Positions 38,249 through 51,248 of a stretch of DNA of 64,000 nt are shown in pieces. Position numbers and translations under genes: made by a program. The first letter of the stretch is position 1. Each line of letters starts with the position of its first letter. The notes under the pieces were generated by a model. That model worked only from the letters and a program-made list of their open reading frames with translations, was not told the origin of the DNA and did no database searches. Source of the DNA: Massalongia carnosa. Lineage: Eukaryota. The stretch lies in contig OZ287069.1 in the NCBI GenBank assembly GCA_965645245.1, positions 620,001-684,000 of the forward strand, written 5' to 3'.

Positions 38249-39891
38249 ATGCCAAGAGATCCACTCATAGGCCTGGTGGGGAAACCTTCGTCCGGCAAGT
38301 CAACGACTTTAAACAGGTATCCAAAGACTTGGCTCAAATTACGGAGTAAAGACCTAGCACTAATTGCTTCCTGACATCTTCAGCCTGACAGATGCTAGCT
38401 CGAAAGTCGGCAAGTCTACTATTGGGAGCCTCCATATCTTTGCTGACCGGCGACTGTAGGCAATTTCCCGTAAGCCATTCCCCGAGAAACAGTCTGATAT
38501 TGATGCACTAAATCGATCCAGATTTACCACAATAGATCCTCAGCGAGCAATCGGATACCTTCAAATATCATGCGCTTGTGCTCGGTACGAGCTTTCCGAT
38601 CACTGCAAGCCAAACTATGGTGCCTGTGTGCAAGGCAGAAGATCTGTGCCCATCGAGTTGCTCGACGTTGCCGGTCTCGTACCTGGAGCGCATGAAGGGA
38701 AGGGTTTGGGTAATAAATTCTTAGACGATTTAAGGCACGCAGATGCATTGGTACACGTAGTAGACGTCAGTGGAACCACTGATGCTGAAGGTAAGGTTTG
38801 TTCATTTGGTTTCATGCATCATGATATCCAGAGAGGCTGATGCAAAGACTGCTCAGGAAAAGCTACTAGAGGATACGATCCATCCCAAGATATTGTGTGG
38901 CTGCGGTCCGAGATAGTGAGATGGATAGAAGGAAACCTGCTTGGAAAGTGGTATGAGCAGATATTCTCATGATCCATTTTCTTTGTCCTGACAATGCGAA
39001 AGGGGTTCAATTAAGCGTCGTCATATCGCTCTCAGTGTGTATCTCCCTCTCCTGCGATGGTATATTCTGGTTAAGAATTCACAGAAGCCAATGCCGTCGA
39101 CACTTTACAAAACCAGTTATCAGGTTATGGCAGCACAACTCAAACTGTAGCCCGAACGCTTTCCCGCCTCTCCCTTAAAGAACCTCTGGAGCACTGGACG
39201 CCGGCTGATATTAACACTGTGGTCAATGCTTTCATTGACGAAAAGTTCCCCACCGTCTTCGCTCTCAATAAGATTGATCACCCAGACGCGGACAAAAATA
39301 TTGCCAAAATCGCGAAACTACACGCTCCGGAATCTTTAGTACTATGTAGCGCTATTTCTGAGGTTTTTTTACGAAAGCTTGCGAAGCAAGGGTTTGTACG
39401 ATATGTAGAGGGAAGTGAGTTTGTGGATATGAGGGAAGATCTAATCGGAATGGGGGACGAGAGCGGAGGAGGCTTGAAGGAATTAGACGAAAAGCTCAGA
39501 ACGAGAATCGAGAATCTAAAAGATATGGTGCTTTACCGCTTCGGTTCGACGGGAGTAGTGCAGGTTCTCTCGCGTGCGGCAGAGTTGTTGGGCCTCGTCC
39601 CTGTATTTCCCGTGCGAAATATCCATAGCTTTGGGTCGTCCGGGACGGCCGGAGGGAATGCCGTGTTCAGAGACTGTGTTCTGGTGAACAAGGGTACCAC
39701 GGTTAAAGAGTGTGCAAGGAAGGTTATGGGGGATGCGCCTTTGGCCTACGTGGAAGGGGCTGGAGGGGTAAGGGTATCGGAAGATGAAGCTGTTGCGGTT
39801 GGCAAAAATGATGTAAGTTACTAAACTCTTTCTTTCATGTGGGCAACGGTCTGACATGAAGTAGATACTGTCGTTCAAGGTCGGTCGATGA
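38249..39891 (+). CDS. Obg-family GTP-binding protein (yeast YGR210C-like), about 8 exons
   Basis: G1 [13 protein letters not shown]2 GNFPFTTIDP (assembled from micro-exons), G3 [27 protein letters not shown]4 ALNKID. Confidence 0.93.
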
Positions 39892-40203
39892 AATCTTCAT
39901 TGCTGCTTTCACGCAACATCTCTTCGTTCTTTTTCTTTGTGAGATGAACTTGGCCAGTTTTGACAGGGTTCAGAGATGGTAGATTTATGCAGATGATACA
40001 TTTGATATGATGATGACAACCTTCGAGCAAAAACTATGCCAGCAAGAGGTTTTCCATGTGATAGCTCCAATATATAATTCTCCATTTTTTTGATTACTTC
40101 CAGTTGCACGAAGACCTACTACCCTTCAGCCACTTTGCAGATACTAGGTACATGTCTTGATGACCTAAGATATCAATCTACTGGTGCCGTTTTATAATTA
40201 CCC

Positions 40204-40644
40204 CTACTTCGAGTGTCCTTTCTAAGTTCAAGTCAGTCTTGATCCTACAGTTCCATCTTTGAAATTTAGATAAAAAAAATGAAAGCATAAACTCACAGGC
40301 CCCCTCTCATCGTTCATCCCAAGGACTGGACCTGGAGCCTCCGGATGATCTTTCTGCGCCTTCTCATTTTGATTTCCATAATCCTTCTCGTTAGTGGCAG
40401 AACTCCGCTCCTCGGCTTCTGCACGCTCCTTCTTCCCCGCTTGCACAGCGCTGTTCTGGACGTCAAGTTCATCGTCGCGGTTATTCACATGCTCGTTGGG
40501 TTGGCGGCCTTCCCATCCGGGGGTAGAGGAGGAGGCAAAGCGGGGTTCCGAGTAGGCGGATGATGAATGGGTTTTAGGGTGCGGTTTTGCGATGATGGCA
40601 GTTAGCGGGGAGGCGCGGCGGAAGCGGAGAAGGATGGTAGACAT
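40204..40644 (-). CDS. Small hypothetical protein with a mitochondrial-presequence-like N-terminus
   Basis: Arg/Ser-rich leader MSTILLRFRRASPL...RFASS, then a hydrophilic body ending KDHPEAPGPVLGMNDERG. A GTGAGT...TAG intron leads to a short last exon KGHSK*. Confidence 0.75.
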
Positions 40645-40937
40645 TGTTTTGAGTATTTAGTGGTTAGGATGCTTCAGTCGGGGTTGTGTAAAATTTTCCG
40701 GCTTTGGGGGATTGAGGATTGTTGAACATTTTCGAGGTTAGAACGACCGCCAGTGTCATTGATGCCGTCATTGTCAAAACTTAAGCTTGCGAGTCGGCAA
40801 GCCAGGAGGTGACACCCTTGTAGATTTAGGCGAGACCTTGAAATCACAAGCTCTAAAGAGCTTGGCTTTCGACCTTTGGTTTACTTATTCGCAGAGTGCC
40901 TAAACAATTTAGGGGAGCTCTAAACCTGAGTTATATA

Positions 40938-42476
40938 ATGGAGAAAGAGCAGCCCCGATCCATGATGGCTCTTTCTGAATGGATGAAGCGCAATAACGTT
41001 GTGCTCGATGGTGTTGCTATCTCGTCTATATCAGAAAAAGGTCTAGGCGTGCTTGCGACTGGAGAGAACCCAAGAGGTGAAAGGCCGCTCATGATCATAC
41101 CGCAAAACCTTATTCTATGCCTCGACAGCGTTTGGACTGCGGCAAAGTCTGATCCACAGCTACAAAAGGTTCTTCTGTCGGTTGGCGAGTATTCAAGGGT
41201 ACCTTACCCGCTTGCGTCCAAGAAGCTACCTTGCCGCTTGACAGAAGACTGATGGGCGCAGACAACGAGAGGAGCGGTTCTGATTTTCCTACTTTCTCAG
41301 TTGACAAATCGTGTACTGCCCGAATCAGAAAAGGTAGGAATATCTAGCGCATTCTCTGATTACCTTAAATTTTTACCTCTTCTGCCTCCTCTTCCGACGT
41401 GTTGGAGGCCAATGGCCACGCGCGCTCTACTTGCAGGCACTTCGCTTCAGGATGCTCTAGACGCCAAGCTTACTAGTCTTGAACGTGAGTTTGAAACGTT
41501 ACGGAATGCGACATCTTCCATAGACTGGTGCCAGGAGCACTGGTGGGATGCCGAAAAAGGCTGTGCATCGTTGGAGCTTTGGCTACTTGTCGATGCTATG
41601 TACAGATCTCGAGCACTCGATCTTCCAGGATTCGGCCATGCGATGGTTCCTTGTATAGATATGGTTAATCACGCTTCCGGTGGTGAAACATCGGCTTTAT
41701 TTGGTATCGATGCAGCTGGGAATGTCGCCCTAGTCCTTCGGGAGGGAAAAAGCATGCAGCCTGGAGAGGAAGTCACTATCTCCTATGGGGACGAAAAAGG
41801 GGCAAGTGAGATGCTACATTCATATGGATTCATTGAAGACACTATGGAATCTGCTCGTGCTATATATCTAGACCTTGAGATTCCTGACGATGATCCATTG
41901 AAGATGGCTAAACTGAAAGTTTCCAAATCAGCACCTGGGTTCCGGCTTTTCACTCACAAGTCTTCGGTTGATTGGGAAGGCCCATTTGTCTGGTTACTCT
42001 GTGTTAACGAAGAAGACGGACTGAAGTTCCGGCTGCTACAACACGATGACAAGAGGGAATTGAGAGTATTCTGGAGTGACACGGAGATCGACGACATTGC
42101 TAAGATTGATACACTGTTGAGAGCACATCCGTTTTGGAATGTATTGCGTTTACGGGCTATCGTGGTACTGCAGGCACGCGTGGAGGAACAGCTCCGGAAG
42201 CTTGAAAGTGGCATTTCTTTGTATGAGAAGAGGGAATCGCATGCGGATATTGCCGCTGACACCAGTTATAACATAAGGAAATTAATGGACCTCGAAGAAA
42301 CGTTACTACTACATGCATACCAAGAGTTTGAGCTACAGGTACTGTACCATGCCACTTTCATGCATCACTATTACCAGACTAATTCAATGAATGAATAGAA
42401 AATCGAGCTGGCCGAGTCCAAGACGGTCATGGAATACTTAGGAGAGGGGAAACATGATGACACAACAGCTCCTTAG
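40938..42476 (+). CDS. SET-domain protein lysine methyltransferase (SETD3/Rkm-like)
   Basis: KGLGVLA, YRSRAL, MVPCIDMVNH, PGEEVTISYG, LHSYGF. Introns at about 41199-41261 and 42339-42398. Confidence 0.9.
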
Positions 42477-44476
42477 TATGCATTCTCTTGATAACGCCAT
42501 GCGGTTTCTCTGGCATCTCAACGGCCTGTATCATACGCTGCTGAATACAAGAAGCTCGGTCCTTATTCATTCATGATATGGGCCGCTATTGCGCTCGGGA
42601 CTTGATGGACCTGCCCAAGGGCCCGCACTAGAGTGGGAGACTTCTCATATTCTCATCGGAGGTAACACACAGCGACTCGTACTTAGTTCGTTTGTGTCCG
42701 CTTTGAAGACATTACCGAACCATGAATTATTCGTAGAGATCCCAAACCTCAGAATGCAATCTTTCTTCAGCCACATACATTGTTCTATTGGGGCCTTATA
42801 TCCCAAGCTTCCTGCCTCGTTGTGCCGAAACGCCACAGATGGGTGGTCTATCTACAGTTTTGATGTTGCCTTACGCTATTGTTCCCGCGTGTGGAAGCTC
42901 TTATCTGCTAGTTTGATGGAAGGTTGTCAGAAAGTTCTAAAGCGCATATTAGGCAGGCTGGCTCCCGTGCGCAGGGACGCCATCTTATGCATGTCATGAC
43001 CACGCGACAGAAGGTTTCGGCTAACGCGAATTTCTTTTACCATTGACGTCACACACGTGCTCATCATGCTGCCTCCCAGCCTTTCTACCCCGTACCTTGT
43101 CATCATGCAACAACGATCGTGCGAATGAACACGAAATTGACGGCAAACCACACCTATGTGAATATGACTACATGCCGGTCCCCAACCGCAGGAAGATTGT
43201 TTCATCTTGCCGAAATCTTGAGCGGGCAGAAAGCAAACTTTGTGGAACAGCAGATCTGCCATGCAGTGCTGTCATTGGATGAGCCGGTGCATCGCAGGCA
43301 GGTGCATCTTCAGCTGCAGCACTTCAGCATACGCAACGTATCCGGGCACGACATCACCGGGCAGGGATTGCAATTCATGCTGATGGGGACGGTCGCGACA
43401 GATTTCCTCGAGTCCTCAGCCGATCGAACAAATCAGATACTCGACTGTTCTTGCAGCAGCTAGATGCCTAGGTAATCTCCAGCGCGGATCGTGGATGGTA
43501 GGCAAGATCTCATGCTCGCCTCATCACCGGCAACAATATGAAGGCCACAAGTCTCGCAACTCAGAGAACATGTTTGAGGATCATGTTTCCTAAAACGTCC
43601 CGTAGCCCTGCAGGTACGGTGAGTATTGTGCATGCGCGTTGAATTAATATGCAATCTGCGGTCGTATCGTACAGCATCCACATTGCCCACGGCGAATAAT
43701 CACTAGTTTTGGATGCCTGCAGCATCATTCCTTTCATCAATCTCAAGAAGCATAGAGAGAGCGAAGTCAAGCTCGTTTCGGATACAGGTGAGGGGGAAAG
43801 CATCTCGAATTGCCTTTTTCTCTATCGCGGATGGTTCTGTTACTCGCTCACCTACTTCTCGCCTGGTTTTTCCTTTCCCGAATACAGCTTACAAGACCCC
43901 GCATTTATCAATGGTGTGTTGCTCAATCCGACCCCATAGTGCCCGAAATGGCTTGAGGGTTAGCCCTGAAAGCGTTAGGGGTATGAATTGAAATCGAACC
44001 GACCAATCAATCGCCAAACAGCAGGCACATCCATCACGTAATCAGGTATCAAATGCCGTTCGTAATCGATGACATCCCTTTCACGCTACATCGAAGCCCG
44101 ACGAGGGCCTTAGGGACAAGTGCCTTAGGTACATACCTACCAAGGTATTCTTGTCCCCCCTCTTACCTCTGGACTGACTAGACCATTTGGACCAAGGGCC
44201 ATCAGCCAGGAACTCCATCCGTAAACTACCTAGGCTGTTGATTTCATTTATCCCAATATCTAACTTCACATACCCTTCTCCTCTACACACCAAAGACCTA
44301 GCTACAGTGGACTTCTCCACCTTCACCTCGTATCCTCAAATAGACTACCTTATACTGTCTCTTACAGATATTCGGTTCGCGCCATCACCTTTAACTTTGC
44401 CTACGTCTTTGTATCTTTGGAATGACCCTTAAGTGACTACCATCAAATCTTGTGACTAACAAATTTACAAATCGCA

Positions 44477-47269
44477 ATGCCTGGCATTCTCCCAATGAAA
44501 GTGATCCGAGTAGGCACCAGTGCGCAAAGTAGGATCGCACAAGCGTGTGATCGATGTCGAAGCAAAAAGATACGCTGCGACGGCGTCACGCCCTGTTGCT
44601 CTCAATGTGCAAGCGTGGGGTTTGAGTGCAAGACTAGCGATAAACTCAGCCGGAGAGCCTTTCCCCGGGGATATACCGAATCTCTCGAGGAGCGCGTGAG
44701 AACTCTCGAATCAGAAGTCAAGGAGCTGAAGGATCTATTGGACGAGAAAGATGAGAAAATGGACATCCTGTCGAGGGTGCGCTCTAGCTCAATAATGCAA
44801 GAGCGGCCGTCGGTGACAGAGTCGATAAAAACAGTCATAGAAGCAAAGCCGACAGTGGAAAATGAAAAGCCAGCACCCAGGGAAGATATTTTTAGAATTC
44901 AACAGTCACCTTGCCTAGTTCAAGGGGACCGTCAAGGCCCATTCTTCATGGGTGCCGCGAGTGGAAGGCCGTTCGTGGGTAAGCGCTGATTCTTTGATGC
45001 TCAGATAGGTCTGATTCTAATTCATGCAGATATTTTCAAGGCGAAAGTACAGGAATGTGGTAAACCTTGCTCAGACTTCAAACCAGAGACCTTCTTTGCA
45101 GCAAACCGCAACTCTGGAAAGGTCTTGAAATTGACATCAACCCAGGCCACATCTAGGGCACCTCCTCGCCTGGTCTCGGATCAGATGATTAATATCTTTT
45201 TTCAAGAGTGGGCTCCGTTGTTTCCAGTATTGCATCGCCCCAGCTTCTTGAGCCTCTACACCGAGTATGTTTCCAATCCTGAGGGCTTGAAGAATCAGCA
45301 ATCTATCGCCCAACTCAACCTGGTATTTGGTATTGCAGCATTGTCTGCTGAAGTATGCTATTTCAAACCACCGTAAGACTAACCGCTAATCTACGTTCCA
45401 GTGGAACAAGCAGAATGTAGTCGACTTCGAGAGACAATGGCAGACAGCCATGGAATCCGTTGTATATGACAACTCATTAGCAATGTTGCAATGTCTTGTC
45501 CTTGCCCAGATCTATTGCATTGCAAAGGCCGACTATAGCGCCTTGTTGCATTACAAGGGGGTTGCCGTAAGTCTGTCACATCGGCTCGGTCTCCATCAAA
45601 ATCAAAAACGCTTCTCCTTAGGAGCATTAACTGGTGAGACAAGGAAGCGGGTCTTCTGGACATTGTACGCATTAGACTGGTACGTGAAGGCTGGTTAGTC
45701 TTGAAAATGTAATGCTTACAGGACTTAGCTTCTCTGCAGCGTTGCTCGGACTACCGAAACTACTTAACGAGACTGACATTCATACAGAGTACCCCTCTGA
45801 TATTGATGATGAAAATGTTTCTGAGAGAGGGTACCATTCGTCTCTGCCTGGCGAGTCTACTAAACTTTCAAGTGCCTTGGCTTTGTTCCGTGTCGCCCGC
45901 ATTTTATCAAAGGTTCTTGACGAAGTATACCCGGCCGCCCCATCTTATGAACTTTCGCTTCAAAAGCTTGCTTTGTTGAATGATGAACTTGGTGTCTGGC
46001 TCCAAAGTCTTGCGCCTCAGCATCGTTTACAATTTGTTCAAGACAAGCCAAGCACTGATGTTGTTGGCAGTAGATCCCCTTTACTGGTATTGTGATTTTA
46101 TCTTCGTTGGATTTATACAGCGCTGATCAAACCGGTAGTCACTTGCATACCATTACATTCGCATCTTGATACATCGACCAGCACTGGGATCAAGCCTTGA
46201 TACGAAAGCAACTCCCTCCCTTGTGGCTGTCACAAGCTCAAGCAGACATATTATTCAGATTGTGCAACTTCTTGAAGAGCGACGGATGAGCTTCTCCTTT
46301 TGCTTGAATAAGAACGAGATTTTACTCTTCGCTGGGTTCAGTCTACTCTACCAAGGGCTGGATCTCAACCGAAATCGCAAGCTCATACAGGATAGCCAGA
46401 GACTCATACGCTCCGTCGTCCAAATACTCGAACGTAACGCTGTCCCTGGCGCTGTAGACTTTAAGAACCTGGCTTGCTCCCTGATTAGTGTCAACCATGC
46501 TCCGAAGGTTGCTCAAATCCCGAAAACCAATTCAACACCTCACGCCAAGGAGGAAAACGGCATGAGCGCCCCAAAGACGGCTGCCAAGTCCGCACGAAAA
46601 CAGCTCCAGGAATTTGCTTCTCGCTTTTCATCCTCAACTCGCACGGTGAAGCAGGCAGTGAAGCAAGAGAACAAGAATAATCGTCGATCAAAGGTGGTCG
46701 GTCCGCTCGCCATCAATCCAATCCTCTACGACCGCAGCGATAGCCAGAAGAGCGTCTCTTCAATTGTTTCGGACCCAGCCGCTCACGGATACCCTAATAC
46801 CATCAACAATACTACCCCCTCCTGTGCGCTTTCCTCACTTGATCCACCAAACCTTGACTATCTCTGCTTCAGCCATGATCTAATACCATGTTCTAATCTC
46901 CACACTCTCACCTCTGGAGCTCCACTCAAAGATTTTGAGCCGGAACACCTAAATGGTTACCTTGCCGCACAACAATCCCAAGGTCCTCACTACGACAGCC
47001 GGTTTTACTCCTCTGATGTGATCCCAAACTACATATCCCCTTCCCCGTCGTTGGCAGCGTATGATTGGTCTTCGGACTTATGGGCAATGCCGTCGAATCT
47101 AAATACCCAACCTCCGTCTGTACCGAGTGTGCTCAGTTTTTCAGAAGAAGAGGTCACCAGTGGTGAGGAGCTGAGTAGTTGCGACGCTGGAGGAGAGTAT
47201 CGGGGTATCTTGATCCCCAACGTGGATGGCTATGGTTGCCTGGAGGGGTTTGATAGGTTCAGACATTAA
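44477..47269 (+). CDS. facB: Zn2Cys6 acetate-utilisation regulator FacB/Acu-15/Cat8
   Basis: Diagnostic start [36 protein letters not shown]...[18 protein letters not shown]. Fungal_trans region [31 protein letters not shown]. Four introns. Confidence 0.93.
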
Positions 47270-47668
47270 GTTGAAAATGTGTGGTGCGGCACCAGGAGAA
47301 TATCGGAGCTTGTGAGAAACCATGATCACCTCAGATCGCTTTTTTGGGAGATATCGAAAGCATTTTGACATGGATATGCTTTACTGTTTGGAGGTGTTAC
47401 GTTTCATGTCGATTGAGACATGGGAAGGCTAGAGTCGGGGAAAGGCAGGTACGAGTTGGATACGGCGAATTGCATTCCAAACGAGGAGTCATGACCGTAG
47501 GAGCAATCAGCACCTGCTGAGCTGTAGACCTAATAAAACATTATTCCCCAGAGTGACAATACCAATTCTGTTTGTCGGGTTGGTTAAGATCAAAATTTGA
47601 CACAATCCAAGCTGCAGAGGGGCAGCGCTTAGAGGCTTACAGCTGGATGATCTGCTCCGTCCGCTAAG

Positions 47669-48973
47669 ATGGATCTTAATCCGTTCTTCAACCCGGCTCT
47701 GCACCAAGAAGAGTACAACTACCAATCGTTATCGAAAGAGCAACTAGATCACATCGCCAGTGAACTTGTCGCTCCAAGCAATTTTCTAAATCTCGACCGA
47801 TCCTATTCCAACCTCGTACCGGAAGTCTCGCAAGTGCCCGTCCACTTTAGTACGGGCTCTTTGGGCGACGAGACATATCCAAGCGGCATGGACAAGAGAC
47901 ATCCCAGCTCGTTCCAGCAGCTGGAGAAGGTCTCTTCTCTCCCTGGCCAACTTGATGTTCTTCCAGCGCTGACACGTTCCCTAGCTTGGTGAGGGTACTT
48001 ATGCCACTGTAAGATTCACTATCTACACCTCTCATCCCCACCAACTAATTCCCCTCCTTTCTAGGTGTTCAAAGGCCGCAATCGTCAAACGGGCGAACTG
48101 GTCGCACTGAAAGAGATCCATCTTGATTCGGAAGAGGGCACGCCTTCAACCGCCATCCGCGAGATCTCGTTGATGAAAGAGCTCAAGCATGAAAACATCG
48201 TCTCCCTTCACGATGTCATCCACACCGAGAACAAGCTCATGCTCGTATTTGAATATATGGACAAGGACCTGAAGAAATACATGGATTCCCGCGGCGGGGG
48301 CGGCCAGCTCGACTATGTCACTATCAAATCCTTCATGCACCAACTCCTGCAGGGGATCGCCTTCTGCCATGACAATCGCGTCCTGCATCGCGACCTGAAG
48401 CCGCAAAATCTACTGATCAACAACAAGGGCCAGCTGAAACTGGCCGATTTTGGCCTCGCCCGCGCCTTCGGCATCCCCGTAAACACCTTCTCCAACGAAG
48501 TGGTCACCCTTTGGTACCGCGCCCCAGACGTCTTGCTCGGCAGCCGTACCTATAACACCAGCATCGACATCTGGTCCGCCGGCTGTATTATGGCAGAAAT
48601 GTACACGGGCCGCCCGCTGTTCCCCGGTACGACTAATGAGGACCAGCTGCAGAAGATCTTCCGGCTGATGGGCACCCCCTCGGAGCGCTCCTGGCCAGGC
48701 ATCTCCCAGTTCCCGGAATACAAGCCCAACTTTCACATCTATGCCACGCAGGACCTGCGCATGATTCTCCCGCAAGTCGACCAGGTGGGTCTCGACTTGC
48801 TGAGCCGCATGCTGCAGCTTCGGCCTGAGATGCGCACCAGCGCCAACGAGGCGCTCGTGCATTTATGGTTCCGCGATCTGGCGGCATTGCGGAGTCAGCA
48901 GCAGGGAAGGGGGCCGCCGATGCAGCAGCAACAGCCGCAGGACATGCAATATGTCGCGCCCGTATACCAGTGA
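47669..48973 (+). CDS. PHO85: Cyclin-dependent kinase Pho85/PhoA
   Basis: FQQLEK / 24-nt exon LGEGTYAT (47985-48008) / [65 protein letters not shown] second in-frame ATG lies at 47888. Confidence 0.96.
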
Positions 48974-48978
48974 TGTTT

Positions 48979-49097
48979 TTTGAGGGTGTCTTTCAGGGGT
49001 GTCTTTGAGGGTGTCTTTGAGGGTGTCTTTCAGGGTGTCTTTGAGAGTGTCTTTCAGGGTGTCTTTGAGGGTGTCTTTGAGGGTGTCTTTGAGGGTG
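48979..49097. repeat. 12-bp minisatellite (TTTGAGGGTGTC / TTTCAGGGTGTC), about 10 copies
   Basis: Read directly. It starts 6 nt after the PHO85 stop codon. Confidence 0.95.
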
Positions 49098-49388
49098 GGT
49101 GGCGGGTGGTGATAGGAGAATGAAGGGGATTGATACCCACAAACGATTTATTATTTTGTGTGCGGTAAAAAAGTCCTAAATATAAGACCTTTAACAATGA
49201 GGAGGGCATGAACAGCGTACATACAGATGACCGGTGCTTGGATAAACAGCTTTAATAAAAGCTATGCTTGAAGGCAGCTAGGGCCTCCACGCGAATTAGA
49301 GGTCTAAATCAACCATACTTGCTAAACGCCCTTCCCAGCGCGAGTCCCTAGAGGAAGAGCCGTTCATTCTCCATGTCCACCTCATCTA

Positions 49389-51248
49389 CGGAGGCGAATC
49401 TCAAAAGTAATGATAATACGCTAAAGACTAGCGCCGTAATTTAGATTTTCCATACCGAGCCTGAAATTCTACCAACTATCTACAAATGCCATTACCAACC
49501 ATCTAATCAACGTCTTTTTGGTCTGAAACTGGCTGCAGTACGAATAACCTTCTGAATGCGTGGGGGAAGGTGATTTTCGGAGATAAAACGGCTCTTTTTC
49601 TCAATAAGGGGGGTGTCAATGGCTTCTGTGTAGGGGGCTCAGGGGTAACTGCCCTGACATTCAACGGGCTGGGTGTATCATCATTTGATTGTCTGGATGA
49701 TGGTCTCGTTGACGCCACAGAAGAAGAAGAAGAAGAAGCTGGTTTTGCTGTATTACTGAGCAATTCTTCCCTCAGCTGTTGAAGTCGCATTTTTCCTTCT
49801 TTGGTCCGTCCATCAACGTCCAAACGTCCTTCGCAATACTCATTTCCACCTTCCAATTCAATGACTTTTGCAATGTGACGTGGAATTCTTTCAATCCATG
49901 CCTGAATATTCTCCTGAGGTAGATCGTCCCAAGTGCGATGCCACATAGATTCAGCAATTAACCGAGAACTAGGAGGACCTTTGGCAGTTGTACGTCGCTT
50001 CATCCAGGGCCAGCAGGGTTCAATCATGTTGAGATCAGGAGAATTTCCGGGCCATAAAAGACGCTCGATGCCATGACGAGAGAAGATGGGAATCTGATGC
50101 TTGGAAGCATGAGACGGAGCCTTATCTTCCTGTACGATCATTTCAGACAATCCGGCTTCTCTTCTTTTTGCATTGCATTGCTGAGCAAAAGGAATCAGTT
50201 TTGGCAGAAGTATGACGTTTTGATACCGCCACCAATCAATGCCTCCTTTACCTTCTTTTCTGATCATCTTTCCATGTTCCTCATCCCATTTCCATTGCGG
50301 CTTTTTTCCTGGTAAATTGCGAGTTGAAAGACGTCTCATTCCATTGGTCAGCTCCCAATTTAATCTCTCACTGGCTTCCAATGCAGCATTCATCTCGTCA
50401 CGCTTGGTTTTGGCTTCCGCTTTTTCCGCTTTTGTCTCCGGTTTCCAGCAATGACATGGCCCCTTCCAATCGTAGGAAAAGCATCCCCAAAACATGAATT
50501 CATGAGCCCCATGCCACCTGGCACGACGGTGGATTTGACTGGTCTTCTTCCTTCCTTGGTTGTACGCCAAATTTTGACAGCTCCGCGACGGTGACCAAGC
50601 ACTATTGCTGTTTCATCTGACCAAATAACCCGCTTCCAATCCTCCACGGTCCAGTCTTTATACAGGAGACAAAAAGCCAGTCTAGCCGCTTTCATTTCAG
50701 GAGTAAGCCCTGGTCTATACGACGGTTTGACTTTTTTATAGCCTCTTTGTTTCAGGATTCTCCACACGGTGCATCTGGACAGTCCAACTTCTCTTGCCAA
50801 CTGGGCACTGGTTTTTTCACGGGCGTATCTGTCTTTTATGACTAGATCAATGACTTTATCTTCTTTCTCAGTAGTAGCCTTTCTCGGTTGACCAGATTTT
50901 TCTTCATGACGGGCGTATTTATTAAGCACCTGCAAAGAAATGGCGGGATCAAATCCTCGATCCCTGGCAATGCGACGAATACGATAAATGTTGGGGACAG
51001 AATAACCTGTAGTAGCTGCAATAAATTCAATTGAGGCCGGGGTGCAATAAGACAACGTCAAGACCTGAGCCCGCAAAGAAATATCAGCTGATTTATTGAC
51101 CATGATGATGATTTGATCAAATGTTGGTTCGTAAATGATTTGGGATGAGAAAAGGGGAAAGAAAAGGGGAAAATTTGCTCGGTACGGAAAATTTAAATTA
51201 CGGCACTAGCTTTTAGCGTATTATCATTACTTTTGAGATTCGCCTCTG
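49389..51248 (-). mobile_element. Tc1-family (DD34E) DNA transposon, 1860 bp, frameshifted transposase
   Basis: 72-bp TIRs at 49389-49460 and 51177-51248 (66/72 identical), TA on both flanks. Transposase 51103 to 49503 has an HTH region, WSDET, QEDKAPSH and NSPDLNMIE (34 residues D to E). A 1-nt deletion lies near 50527. Confidence 0.96.

Noticed and set aside
42500..44400. Many 60-140 aa ORFs on both strands between the SET gene and facB
   Set aside because: No recognisable motif or consistent splice model. Treated as intergenic, though a decayed gene cannot be excluded.
48979..49097. Repeat array as a CRISPR
   Set aside because: Head-to-tail 12-mers with no unique spacers, no cas genes, and a eukaryotic context.
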